A DNA stretch of 32,000 bases from assembly GCF_000195855.1 (NCBI RefSeq), contig NC_002677.1:1710001-1742000 (forward strand), given 5' to 3'. The DNA is from Mycobacterium leprae TN. Lineage in GTDB: Bacteria; Actinomycetota; Actinomycetes; Mycobacteriales; Mycobacteriaceae. The notes under the pieces are model-generated. The model did not search any database, was not told the origin of the DNA, and saw only the letters and a list, made by a program, of their open reading frames with translations. Positions 9,800 to 22,515 of this stretch are shown in pieces. Position 1 is the first letter of the stretch. The number at the start of each line of letters is the position of its first letter. The translations under genes were made by a program, and so were the position numbers.

Positions 9800-11339
9800 G
9801 ATATCTACATTGATGGCCAGGTTAGTCGTCGCCAAGCGATTCTAAAGTGTCGAATTACAAGCGCAACAGGGCGGCCGGTATGAAATGGCAGGACTGAGCG
9901 GCTAGTCGACGGCTGATGAGGTCCAGTGATGCGCTGAGATACAAGTCACTCAATATGCGGACAGTGCGCATGCACCTGGTTGCGATACGTTCGTTTGAGC
10001 GCTGAACAACTCACCATTGCGCCGTAATGGCAGCTAGCCAGCCATTCGCCGCCCTTCACCAGCCAGAAATGCCGATCGTCGTCGTTGAGCGGTTCCCCGT
10101 CGGTCATCGTGACACTATTTTTGCCGGCGGGTGCGAAAAATCAGCGTTAAGGAAGAGCACCCGCATCTGTTACGCGAGCCACGGAGGGCAGCATGCCAGC
10201 GATAAGTTGCCCTGCGCCTCGGCGATCTGCCAGAACGCCGAGCTAAAGACAAAGTAACCATCCAGCTGTATGCAGAACGATTGCTTCGGGTAGCCTGGAT
10301 AGGCGACGGTAATACGTTCACAAGCAGCCAATTCAATGTTGGCTAGTAAACTCTCCGATCATCGTTTCCTCCGTCGGCAACATCTTGAGGAACCTGGTGA
10401 ACAGCCGGCCCTCTTCGGTGTCGGTGCCAACAATTAGCGGCACCTAACGCACATGACCGGCCCGCATCGCCTAGGCCGGATTCATCGGCAGACAATCGTC
10501 GCCAACGACGGGACCAATCTGGTGATGGAGTCCAGCATTTTTCGCATGATCTTGCTCGATCAGAAATTGCTGTGTTGCCACCAGATGGGCCGGGGATGCC
10601 TTCATTAGCACGGCACCGGCATCCGGTGCACGCACACTAAAGTAACTTTGGCAAAACACATCGCGAACTCGTCGACAAGCTCTTCCGACCGCACCATTCC
10701 CAACACCAGGCTTGCCGAAATCGCCCGATTAAACAGGCCTTTGGCGGCAGGCACCGCAAACAGTGTTGGCTATATTATACACGCTTCGCTTTCACCGAAA
10801 ATGGTGACACGGACTGGGTCGTCGTCGAACTCCACAATATGGTCTCTCATCGATGGCAACGCCAGCACCAGATCGTGCAAATACAAGTTGCTGTCAATGG
10901 TGATATCCGGTCCAGACATCCCAGTACGTCGAGCCGGTAGCTGACTGGAAACGTACCCCCAACCCCGGCGCGCCAATGCAGCGCCGTAGTAGAGTGGGGT
11001 TGCCAAGCTGCCCAAGATGTACCCGCCCACCATGGATGCAGACCACGACCGGTGTAGTGGTTCCGCACTGGCGACTTAGGGCGTGACAAAGTTGCATGGG
11101 AGGCAGTCCTCGCCCATCGTGCTGGTACTTACCTGATACCTACCATGGTATGGCGACGCTGCTGGGGTACACAGCTGGTAAAGCTGTGACAGCTCAGCAC
11201 CCCGAACAGGGCTAGGCGGGTTGCGGTGCCCGGAATCGCAGGTGCCCCAGCGGCTGCCGGGAATACGGGATGGAGCGCCAGCGGTACACACCGTCGCGAG
11301 TGAAGCTTTCGACGGTGCAGGTGCGGATGGTGCCCTCAT
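9800..11339 (-). pseudogene. lipT: Type-B carboxylesterase LipT-like, heavily degraded; 3' boundary approximate
   Basis: Fragments in several frames: EGTIRTCTVESFTRDGVYRWRSIPYSRQPLGHLRFRAPQPA; CIHGG plus GGYILGSLATPLYYGAALARRGWGYVS; IDSNLYLHDLVLALPSMRDHIVEFDDDPVRVTIFGES; GTDTEEGRLFTRFLKMLPT; VFSSAFWQIAEAQ. Confidence 0.82.
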
Positions 11340-11439
11340 GTGCATAATCCGACGGTAGCCAACACTACGAACATAATACGCGAAACATAATACGCGCGCA
11401 GTACCTATTCCACCCATACAGGACTTCAGCGACAACCAA

Positions 11440-12060
11440 CACCCCCGACAGTAAGCACACCTTAGGCAGTGCCAACCGCACCGACCGCCGAGGCAGCGAT
11501 CTCCGATGTCATGGCCTGGACTAAGGCCGGCCATCTAGCCGATCCGGGCTATTATCACAACGCGACGTGCGACGGTGTCATCGCTCCGCTCGATAGTGGC
11601 TCGATAGTGACATCGCCTTGACGGCTAAGGCTGTTTCTGCATGACCGATTCCAAACACACCGGCACGCTGACCTGATTGGTCAATCTGACCCAATCTCCT
11701 GCCCCGGCTCGAAACAGCTCACGACGAATAGAAAGCCGTTTGGGCCGCCTGCAACGAAACGAATTTGCAGGTCGGGGCCACCTTCCTGGCGATCCAAGTC
11801 CGTTCATCAACGACAACAGCCCCGAATTGGTCAACGGGGACTCGTTGTTATTCGGTGACTAGCGTTTGCCTTACCAATCAATCCGGACTGCTCTTTGTCA
11901 ACTAAACACATCATTCAGCTGCCCAGTTGAGCAACACCGGGATCAAGCCGTTCGGCTGCCTACGATCCGTGCCGCCACTCGAAAGTATCAGCAAAACATT
12001 CGGCTGCTTAGTCGACTGTCGTCGTTACAACACCGACTACGTAACATGTCACACCACCGA
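11440..12060 (+). pseudogene. lppI: LppI-like lipoprotein relic, multiply frameshifted; boundaries approximate
   Basis: Across frames: AEAAISDVMAWTKAGHLADPGYYHNATCDGVIAPLDS, CMTDSKHTG, LVNLTQSPAPA, GDPSPFINDNSPELVNGDSLLFGD, CLTNQSGLLFVN*THHSAAQLSNTGIKPFGCLRSVPPLE. Position between lipT and the Rv2047c-like gene matches Rv2046. Confidence 0.62.
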
Positions 12061-12199
12061 TGTCAACGACTTGATGTTTGGCTGCGGATGCCGTCGCCCA
12101 CTATAACTGGACAGTATATATGTAATTCTATTTGCAGCGACGGCCTCTACGTATGGCCACCATCTGGATAGCTTTAACAATTCGGCCTCTTCTGCTTCA

Positions 12200-13260
12200 A
12201 GAGTAGTCTATATGAGGATAAAAAACGAGGTGTCTAGAGTGCCCACTTGGGCGCCAGCCAGTTTGGCGCGCGCCGCGTAGGCAAACTGGAGGGTCAGCGC
12301 AGTTTCCTTGCGCTGATCTAAAGTAACAGTGTATCTATTAAACAAATCGATCAACTCGGCCGGGTCAATATCGCAGAAATACAGTCGAATTGCATAAGCG
12401 CATCCGCGTATTTGGACGGTGCCCTGATAGAGCTCCAGCATTGTTTTTCACTGACTTAGATCCCGGTCGACCAGTTAAAAAATTTCCGGAACTGCGGTGA
12501 TCATGCTTTCGCTAAGCGAAGCCATAAAAAAGTTACGATCTTCTTGACTATCCTGAGAGAGTCAATAATAGCCGATTAAATTCGGCACGCACGGGATGAC
12601 AATCAAGCAGATACCAGCTGCCGTAGCTCCGAACATAATGAACCCATAGCTACTGAACCGTAAATTAACTACATTAATCCATCCAAGTTGCTCAAACAAC
12701 GACACCAAAACCGCTTGCAATGTCATAGAGCCGACAGCCAAAAAAGAGCATGTATAACTGTCGCCACCAGCCCGTTCACAACGTTTCACATCGAGTCGTC
12801 CTATTTCTTTGATACACATCTGAAATACTTGTGCGGATAGCACCACAAGAATTACCGTCAATAACCCAAAAACCAATACACTGTCCTATTCATCTGCAAC
12901 CGCCAAAAAGCATCCTTACAACTCTGGCTTAGGTAGCTGAGACGAGAAAGTCAACAAATAAGATAGTGACCGCTATACAATGATGATGGCGACGGCGATG
13001 CGTTTCACTTAGTGAGCGCGTCAACCACAAAGACACGAAATCCATGAACTCGTTAGCCACAAAGATAAACACAACCAAAGATAGCTGTTGTGCTGCCCTC
13101 ACACTCAGCAGCACACTGCCCGAGAGTAGTCTTTCCACAACCCGCTTGCTAAACAGCGGAGAGACAAAATTAGCACTAGTATATTTTTGAGATATGTCTC
13201 AACTGGCTCAGTATTAGCCCAGTTGTAACGTACAGCAAGAACAATCGCCATAAATAATGA
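12200..13260 (-). pseudogene. MAB_1171c-like putative membrane transporter relic
   Basis: AT-rich. Hydrophobic 104-aa ORF (12562..12876) plus upstream hydrophobic segments (12929..13138). Downstream soluble tail AVPEIF...LELYQGTVQIRGCAYAIRLYF...ALTLQFAYAARAKLAGAQVG resembles the cytosolic tail of MAB_1171c family proteins (AVPxIxL...RVVEIRDGLLALRPY). Confidence 0.5.
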
Positions 13261-13329
13261 TAAAAGACCAGACTATACCTCAAGTACAATGATGATCATC
13301 GAGGGCGAAAAAAGCTACGCACCACCGAG

Positions 13330-13745
13330 TGCCCTAGTGAAGACTTCGGCCACGATCATCAGCATAGTCACAAAGCATTTCAGCGTCACGTTCTTGATTG
13401 AGGGCTTAGTCCGCACGCCCCAGTACGGCGTGCACGGTCACCGAATCCAGATTGGGCAGGAATTTATGATATAGCTCACTTTTACACTCCTTGCCGTCAT
13501 CGAACTGTCGGGAACAACCATGTCCCAACACTATATGCCCAAGCTCGTGACACACAGTTTGATCGATGTGATACTCAAAAGTTCCCGGCCTAAGGTAGAA
13601 TTGACTTATAATCGTCATGCGTCAGCCACAAACCACACAGGCTGCCCATAGGTGCTGCTGTCTTAACCGGAATTAATCTGATCGACCGACCTCTCAACTG
13701 AGCCACGTTCCCAAATACAGGTGTCTCGGTCCTAGGGCCCCGCAG
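13330..13745 (-). pseudogene. ImmA/IrrE-like zinc metallopeptidase relic, 5'-truncated and frameshifted
   Basis: VAQLRGRSIRLIPVKTAAPMGSLCGLWLTHDDYKSIL / YLRPGTFEYHIDQTVCHELGHIVLGHG, an HExxH motif, then LYHKFLPNLDSVTVHAVLGRAD*ALNQERDAEMLCDYADDRGR. One frameshift and one internal TAA. Confidence 0.68.
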
Positions 13746-13777
13746 GAATCGACAACTTCCGAGCCCACGCGAGCATC

Positions 13778-16134
13778 CTAGCGTTCTATACTGTCATTCA
13801 AAGCTGCCCGCCCGCCGCAGACTCCGACACCGCGCAGGATGCCCCCGGCACCCAACACGCTCGACGACGTGGTCAACGGCTGCCATGTGCCGCTGAATAC
13901 CGTCGGCGGGATGATGGCTGCCAACCTGTGGTGTTCAGCTCGGCGTCGGGTGGTCAGTCCCGAAACGTCCACCGGGAGTCGGTCAAGTTCGTCGAGCTCG
14001 TCGACCAACAGATAGAACACATTATCGGCGGTGTCGAAAACACCGGCATCGGTCAGCCGGCGCCCATACTCACGCAGTAGACCGCGCAGCACCCAGATGA
14101 CGCGCACCACCCTGTCGCGGCGAACTTCCCGGTCGCGCAGTTGGCGGGCGGCTAACAGCGCAACAGGCATGGCCTGCCGTGGAATCCGCGGATGCTGGGG
14201 CGACGGCGCAAGAGGAGCGCTTAACGCCTTGGCCACCATCCGGACTAGTAACTCGGGATTATCAGCGTAACTGGTTGACAGCATCTCGACTTCGGCTGGA
14301 CCTCGATGCTCGATCAATGCTAGCTCAGCTAGCACGGCGGAATGAAACTCTGGCGCTTCGATTGCCAGCTTGTCAAGGCGCTCCCCCGGTTCGGCCAGCA
14401 GGCGTGTCACGTTCGGGTCGAGCCACGCCGCGCGGACCAGTCGTTGCACCGCCTCCACCGATCGCGCACTGACCAATCCTGGCCCAGCCGGAGGTGCGGT
14501 CTCTCGCCCACACAGACCGCGCAACAACACGTTGAACGCGGCGCACAACATGAATCACCCCGACGCCAACACCCAGCCGTGCATGACATGATCACGCGCC
14601 AAAAAGATCAGACTTAGCAGCCGGCGATCGTCGAGTTGGTTGACATCAACGCCGGCAAGATGTTCCAGATGATCGATATCTTCGATGTAAGTGCTGGTGT
14701 CTTGGGATGAACCGGCGCTTAGGCCAACGAGGTTGACACCGAACACCCCCATGTTGCGGAGAATGCGTAGTTTTCCTGTGGACGGGGCAGGATTCCGACG
14801 GCGGACGTTGCTTACCAAAGATCGGTAGGGAGCTCATGCTGGGACCAAAGAATCCACTATTGCTTACAATGGTTGCAGGTTTCACGAACGGCACGGTTTC
14901 GTGCCATAACATGTCCCGACGTGATGCCTCCGTACAGTCTGTGGGCAAATACCGCGACGGTGCGCATGGAGATTTCGCGCTGAATCACCCCGCCGGGCCG
15001 CAACCGCTTGGCGATGCCCACACCCCCGGCGCGCAGGCCCCGCACAGTCACCGATGAAGACGACGGCGAGAACGGACCAGGCAGCGCCTCCGACAAATTT
15101 GTGGCCAGGAAAGTAGGGAAACGCGGGTCGATTGGGGTGTCGAATTCGCCGTTACTTCCTTCTGGTCCAGCGAATTTAGGTACCACTTCATCTTCAGACG
15201 GCAAATCGACGGCAGGCAAGTGCTGAATATTGGCCAGCAGTCAGGGAACTGACATCAACCGCCCACCCAACGAAAACCGACCGCGGACCGCCAGTGCGAA
15301 GTCGTCGATGCATTCATCGACGTTCCAGACCGGCACGAATCCCCACTCATCGCGCAGCCGTGAGGTATCTATCCATGGCGCACTTTGCAAAAAGTCTAGT
15401 TCGGCCAAAAGGCCGAGGCGTCGTAGCACCGCCAACCGTGAGCCCAGCTGCACGATCGGCAGCCCGAGTCTGGCGGCAATCTGACGAAACGTCGTCTCGC
15501 CTGGCGCCGCAAGATTGACTGGACTACTATTGATCTCAGTATCCATGATTGCGTGGATGAACAACCGAAGCGCGTCGTCGGTGTGGATAACCTGCAGGGC
15601 ACGATCGGCGCTGATGTCGGGAAGCACGAGCAAGGCCAGCGCCCGGCATACCCAGTTGTCTACTCCTCGGCCGACGACTAGCGCGGATCGAATCGCGAAC
15701 CACTGCATTCCAGAATTGGCCAACATTTTCTCAACGTGGGCCTTGTGAAGGCCATCAATAGTGGCCGACGTCATAGCATCGTCCCTCGGTTGCTGGCGTC
15801 GTTGCCGCACTGTACAAGTGTGCTGAGGAAGCGAAAACGATGCTTCTGGCGCCGGTATATGGTCATCGCGTCCAGGACGTTGGGTACACCCTCTATATTG
15901 ACCTGGTCCTGTAGGCACCCGTGTCCAGGCGCAGTGAGCTACGACCTCAGCGCCCATGACAGCGCAGCGTACGGCAGCAGTGTCTCGAATGTCCACTGCG
16001 ACTAAATCAGCTGCACTCGGCTAGCTTTCGGGACGATGGCGGGCGATTCCGACGACATTGTGGCCCTGGCTGAACAGTTTGGCAGCGAGGCTGCGGCCAA
16101 GTAATCCACTTGTCCCGGTGACCGTGATTCTCAC
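13778..16134 (-). pseudogene. Rv2047c-like protein: N-terminal NAD-dependent epimerase-like and C-terminal PEP-utilising/PPDK-like regions, frameshifted and 3'-truncated
   Basis: GTG start at 16134: MRITVTGTSGLLGRSLAAKLFSQGHNVVGIARHRPES*. Then VAVDIRDTAAVRCAVMGAEVVAHCAW, the 257-aa ORF 13778..14551 with VIWVLRGLLREYGRRLTDAGVFDTADNVFYLLVDEL, and SSSVLGAGGILRGVGVCGGRA where homology ends. Confidence 0.82.
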
Positions 16135-16399
16135 TGCTGCCTCCTAACTCATGCCTAGTCGTCGTTCATGAACGCAGCGTTAACTAGATCATCGAGGTCC
16201 ATGTCCGCGATGTTTTCTCCGTAGTCTGCTCGCCGGCCGCCATCATCGCCGTGCCCTCAGCTTCATTTGCCAACCCGAGCAACAGGTCCAACATGACCGA
16301 CTGCCGAAGACACTTGACAGGAATGGCTGCCACGACCCGCTAGATTTCGGCTTCCCCGGGCACCGCGGCCGGGATGCCTTACTGCACGACACCGACAAG

Positions 16400-16650
16400 T
16401 TCGGTTCGGATGTAGCCGACCAGCGCGGCCGAGTTCGGATAGTCGAAGATGAGTGTGGGTGAAAGCGATAGACCGGTAGCGGTTTTGAGTCGGTTGCGCA
16501 TTTCGACCGCCGTCAGCGAGTCGAAGTCCAACTCCTGGAAAGCCTTGTTCGGGTCGACTGCTTCGAACATAGTATTACCGAGCACGGTGGCGATGTGGGA
16601 TCGCACCAGGTCCACCAGAACGGCGTGTTGTTCGTCTTCGGGAAGCCGGT
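16400..16650 (-). other. Acyl carrier protein (ACP) domain of the pks12 relic
   Basis: [63 protein letters not shown], with the DSL phosphopantetheine site. Confidence 0.92.
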
Positions 16651-16799
16651 GCAACTGTTTCGCCAAAGCCGATTTCGATTTCATGGTGGCCAGTGAGTCG
16701 TTGACCTGACGCCGGTTCGGCACGCTGATTAAGTCGACGAACATCGGAGCCAGCGTGCCCCCATCGAACTTTGCCCGCAACGCAGCAAAGTCGATGTAG

Positions 16800-17509
<710 letters not shown>

Positions 17510-17510
<1 letters not shown>

Positions 17511-18450
17511 CGACCTTGCCGACATGGCGCGCCTGACTCAAATATCGCAACGCGGCGGGCGCACGTCGCACGTCAAACGTCTTTACCGGCAACGGTCGCA
17601 GCACCCCGGCATCAAATAGTGCGGCTAACTCAAGCATGTATTGGTGCATCCGAGAACGGCCTGGCTCGGAGAGATCGAAAGCGCGGTAACGCACACCCGG
17701 GTATGCCTGGGCGATGACATCGGGATCGCGGATATCAATCTTGCCCATCTCCAAGAACACCCCACCGAGGGCAACAAGGCGCAACGAAGCATCCACGAAA
17801 TCGCCTGCTAGTGAGTCCAGCACCACATCCATGCCGCACCCGCCGGTGACCGACCGGAATTTGCCCTCAAACTCCAAGCTGCGTGAATCAGAGATGTGAT
17901 CGTCGTCAAAACCCATAGCCCGCAAGGTGTCCTACTTACCTCGGCTAGCATTGGAGAACACCTCCAACCCCAAATTCCGGGCCAACTGCACCGCCGCCAT
18001 CCCCATACCTCCGGTGGCAGCGTGCACCAACATCCGCTGGCCTGGCTTCACAGCAGCCAAGTCCATCAGCGCGTTAATAAGTGGTGGCGAAAACCACTGA
18101 CATACCGGCTGCTTCTGCGTTCGACCAATCAGCGGGTATGGACAGTAGCAGCCAGACGTCGGCGGCTACCAAAGTTCCGGTGCCTTCCGGAAAGAGTCCC
18201 ATCACCCGATCGCCGACCGCAAACTCGGTCACTTCCGGGCCGACTTCCACCACCACGCCGGCTACTTCACTGCCGAGCAGTGCATCATGAGTAAACATGC
18301 CCAATGTGATCATGATGTCGCGAAAGTTAGCGGCGATCGCGCGAATGGCTACCCGAACCTGGCCAGGACCCAACTGCACATCAGCATTGGGAACGGGTTC
18401 CAGCTGGAGATTTTCGAAGGTTCCCGCACTGCTGATACCCAACCTCCAGG
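17510..18450 (-). other. Enoylreductase (ER) domain of the pks12 relic
   Basis: LGPGQVRVAIRAIAANFRDIMITLGMFTHDALLGSEVAGVVVEVGPEVTEFAVGDRVMGLFP; [23 protein letters not shown]; LRAMGFDDDHISDSRSLEFEGKFRSVTGGCGMDVVLDSLAGDFVDASLRLVALGGVFLEMGKIDI. Confidence 0.87.
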
Positions 18451-19099
18451 GGCCGTCCCCGGGCGGCACCAAGACACCGTCAACCGCGCGGCTGCCATGC
18501 ACCCGCGCGGTGTACACTTGCCCACCACGCAACAACACCTGCAGCTCGCCGAAAGCCAATACCGCACTCTACCGCTGCATCATCAAGGGATGCATCGGAA
18601 TCAACCAGCACAAGCCGGCCGGGATGCTCAGTCTGTGCCGACCGCACCACCCCCCACACCGCTGCGCCTGCTAAATCGATAACGTCCTCCCCTGGCAACG
18701 CGACGGCACCCCGGGTCACCACCACCAGCACTCCAGAGTCGCTCTTGATCAACCAGGACTGCAATACTCCGAGCACAGACCGCGTAGAAGCGTATACCTC
18801 CGCCACGACATCACTGCCGACTGGCACCACCTCGAACACTACTGCCTGCAGCGCAGCTTCGCTGGCGTCTTCCTCCTCCAAATCCATTGTTCACCAAGGA
18901 CGCACCGATATCGGCGTTGGTGTAGTTTCAGGCTGCGCCGACCATACCACCTCAAAGAGCCGTTCCGGAACCGAATTCGACACCGCGGCCAACAACTGCT
19001 GACCGGTAATCTGCTGGGCCACCATAGATGTCAACGAAAGTACTGGAAGCCCTAAACCATCGACCAACTCAATCGACACCGATGAAGTTCCGGTCAGAC

Positions 19100-19890
19100 T
19101 CGTCGGCGCGATCCGCACTCGTACCGCCGACGCACCGGTAGCATGCAACGAAAAACTTTGCCAGGAGAACGGCAAAACTAGTTCGGCCGTTGGGTTGGCT
19201 ATAAGCATGGCATGCAAGGCCGCATCTAATAATGCCGGGTGAATCCCGAAGCCAGCCACCGATACCTCAGTATCGACGGGCAACTTCACGTCGGCGAACA
19301 GTTCGTCGCCGCGCCGCCACATCGCAGTCAAGCCACGGAAGACAGGGCCATAGCCGTAGCCACGCTCGGCCAAGCGCTCGTAGCCATCAGCCATGTCCAC
19401 TGCGACCGCACCCGCTGGTGGCCACACCGACATGTCCACACTCGACTCAACCGACCCCGAGCCCAATGCGCCCTCAGCGTGACATACCCATTCGGAACCG
19501 GCATCGGTCCGCGAAAAAATCGAAATACTGCGATGCCTTCGCTCTTTCGAGTCTTGAGGGGCCCCAAGACGACTTGCATCGCAAACGAAACCAGCCCAAA
19601 ATTCCTGGCTGACAATATCAACGGCGCCTGGAACGTCAGCTCATTGACCACCAAACAGCCGACTTCATCACCGGCGCGAATCGCAAGCTCTAGAAATGCC
19701 GCAGCCGGGAACATCACCACACCGGACACAGCGTGGTCGGCCAACCACCCCTGCATATTAGGCGACAACCGTCCCGTCAACACCACCCCGCCTGAGGCCG
19801 GAAACTCCATCACCCCGCCTAGTAACGCATGTTCGCTGGCTTTCAATCCCAAGCCGATAACATTAGCCACCACACCATCGCCAGAGAGCT
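19100..19890 (-). other. Dehydratase (DH) domain of the pks12 relic
   Basis: ASEHALLGGVMEFPASGGVVLTGRLSPNMQGWLADHAVSGVVMFPAAAFLELAIRAGDEVGCLVVNELT; FGIHPALLDAALHAMLI. Confidence 0.8.
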
Positions 19891-20039
19891 AAAACCGCTT
19901 ATGATCAAAGGAATACGTGGGGAACTCGACGAAGTTGGCCTGGCCCAGCACAGCGCGCCAATCCACGCTAACGCCCGCAACGAACACGGAGGCGACCGGC
20001 GTCAAGAACCGCTCGAGTCCGCCGTCTTTCCGCCCCAAG

Positions 20040-21014
20040 GTGAGAACAACGACAGGCTCGATGTCCCCTTCGACACAGTCGTTCACGGTGTCCTAAATTC
20101 CGGCGATCAACGCGGGATTTGGACTAGATTGGATGAATGTGCGATACCCGTGCTTATATGCGCTGAGCACCGCCTGGTCGAACTCCACGGTATGCCGAAT
20201 GTTTCTATACCAGTACTCAGCATTTAAATCTTCTGTGTTCAAACGAGATCCAGTTACCTTCGAGAAGAAGCCGATAGGCGAGAGCTTCGGCTCGATACCA
20301 ACCAGTACAGCGGCCAGTGTCACTACGAATAGTCTCAACCTCAACCGAATGCGAAGGGTAATCCACGTCGATGCGGCGGGTGCGCAGATCCTGGTCGGCG
20401 CAGAGCTGAATCAGTGCCTTCAGCGCAGTTATTTCACCCGACACCACAACCGCCGAACGGCCGTTGACAGCAGCGATGCTGATCCTTTTTCCAAAGGAAG
20501 CCAGTAATTCCCGAGCCCGCTGAACTCCGCATGCAACGTCTACCATACCGCCCGATCCGGCCAACGAGGTCAGCAATTTGCTGCGCAGCGTGACCACCTT
20601 TGCGGCATCCCGCAAGGACAGCGCACCGGCGACGTACGTAGCTGCGATTTCACCCTGAGAATGGCCGATCACAGCATCTGGACGTACCCCGACCGACTTC
20701 CGTAGTTCGGCCAACGACACCATCACCGCGAACAGCACCGGCTGCACCACGTCCACCCGATCCAGACTCGAAGTGCCCGGCAAGTCACGAAGGATGTCGG
20801 TTAGCGACCAATCCACAAACTCCGCGAAAGCATCCGCGCACGCTTCGATCTGTTGTGCGAATACCGGTGCAGTGTCGAGTAATTCTACACCCATGCCGAG
20901 CCATTGGGCTCCTTGGCCGGGGAAAACGAACACGGTCTTGCCCCCAGGTGTGGCGGTACCCCGAATGACCGACCCGAGTTCATTAACTGCCAACTCGTCT
21001 AACCCAGCCAGCAA
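20040..21014 (-). other. Acyltransferase (AT) domain of the pks12 relic
   Basis: TVFVFPGQGAQWLGMG; AVIGHSQGEIAATYVAGALSLRDAAKVVTLRSK; downstream frame YRHTVEFDQAVLSAYKHGYRTFIQSSPNPALI. Confidence 0.87.
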
Positions 21015-21149
21015 CCGGTCCCGATCACTACCAACCCCACAACCGCCCGATGCTCAAAGGTCGAACGACACGCCAGCGTCCACCCCACATCGGCAACATC
21101 AAGCTCGCCATAGGCACGCACATGCTCGGCTAACCGAGCCGCCTGTTGG

Positions 21150-22515
21150 GTCAGCGCAGCCTGGCTTTTAGCCGACACCACCCACGGCACCACGGGGATC
21201 TCAACGAACCGTCGCGGCTCGGTGGGCACGGACTCGATGATCACATGCGCGTTGGTGCCGCTAATCCCGAACGACGACACCCCAGCCCGACGCAATCGAC
21301 CATTGGCCGACTGATCCTTCCAAGGCCGCACCTCGGTAAACAACGACACCGACCCCGCCGACCAATCCACATGCGGACTAGGCACATCGACATGCAACGT
21401 TGCCGGCAACACCTCATGGCGCATCGTCAACACCATCTTGATTACACCAGCCACCCCCGCAGCAGCCTGCGTGTGACCCATATTCGACTTAATTGAGCCC
21501 AACCACAAAGTCTCATCCGAATCTCGCTCTTGCCCATAGGTTGCCAACAACGCCTGCGCCTCAATCGGATCACCCAACATCGTCCCAGTCCCATGGCCCT
21601 CCACTACATCAACATCAGCCGCTGATAACCCCGCATGAGCCAAAGCCGCACGCATCACCCGCTGCTGTGACGGACCATTCGGCGCACCATCCTGATTAAC
21701 CGCCGAACCTCGCACCACCGCCAACACCGGATGCCCCAACCGCCGCGCATCCGATAAACGCTCCACCACGAGTATGCCGCCGCCCTCAGAGAACCCGACA
21801 CCATCGGCAGCCCCAGCGTAAGCTTTGCACCGACCACCCGGGGCAAGGCCGTGGTGCCGGCTGAACTCTACAAAGACTGTCGGCGTGACGTTGACAGTCA
21901 CGACGCCGGCCAGCACCAAATCGGACTCACCGGAACGTAGCGACTGCACCGCCATATGCAACGCAACCAACGACGACTAACATGCCTTATCCACCGACAC
22001 CGCCGGACACTCCAGACCCAGCACATACGACACACGCCCCGATGCCACACTGGTGGACTGCCCGGCCAACCGGTAGCCCTCGATCTCCTCAGCGAGCATC
22101 CCGTACCCTTGGGTATACACCCCGGTGGCACTGCCCCGCAACCCGGCAGGATCAATCCCAGCCCGCTCTAACGCTTCCCAGCTTAGCTCAAGCAGCATCC
22201 GTTGCTGCGGATCCATCGCCAACCTCTCACTAGGCGCTATGCCAAAGAACACAGGGTCGAAGTCGGCAACACCGTCGACAAAACCACCGGTACAGGTGTT
22301 GCACGTACCCGGAACATCGGGGGCGGGGTTATACAGACTGGCCGAGTCCCAACCACGATCGGTCGGAAACTCCGACATAACATCCCGGCCGTTGGCGACC
22401 ATTTGCCACAGGGCCTCCGGGGAATTCACCCTACCTGGGAAGCGGCACGCGACATACCGACGATCACGATCGGGTCGTTAGACCGCTCTAGCAACGCCCG
22501 GTTGGTACACTTTAA
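21150..22515 (-). other. Ketosynthase (KS) domain of the pks12 relic, active site interrupted
   Basis: Reads GPAVSVD-type site as [10 protein letters not shown] then [17 protein letters not shown]; [24 protein letters not shown]; [14 protein letters not shown]; [12 protein letters not shown]. Confidence 0.88.

Noticed and set aside
12200-13745. Calling the peptidase/membrane cassette a functional novel system
   Set aside because: Both genes carry frameshifts or stops and the peptidase is 5'-truncated, so only a relic can be claimed here.
13680-13750. tRNA-like 5' half on the minus strand (GGGAACGTGGCTCAGTTGAGAGGTCGG)
   Set aside because: No T-arm (GGTTCRANYCC), no acceptor pairing and no anticodon stem. 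The same bases translate as VAQLRGRSIRLIPVKT, fitting the N-terminal part of the ImmA-like peptidase relic.
19239-19892. 217-aa plus-strand ORF within the pks12 relic
   Set aside because: Antisense to the DH domain. Explained by the opposite-strand polyketide synthase codons.
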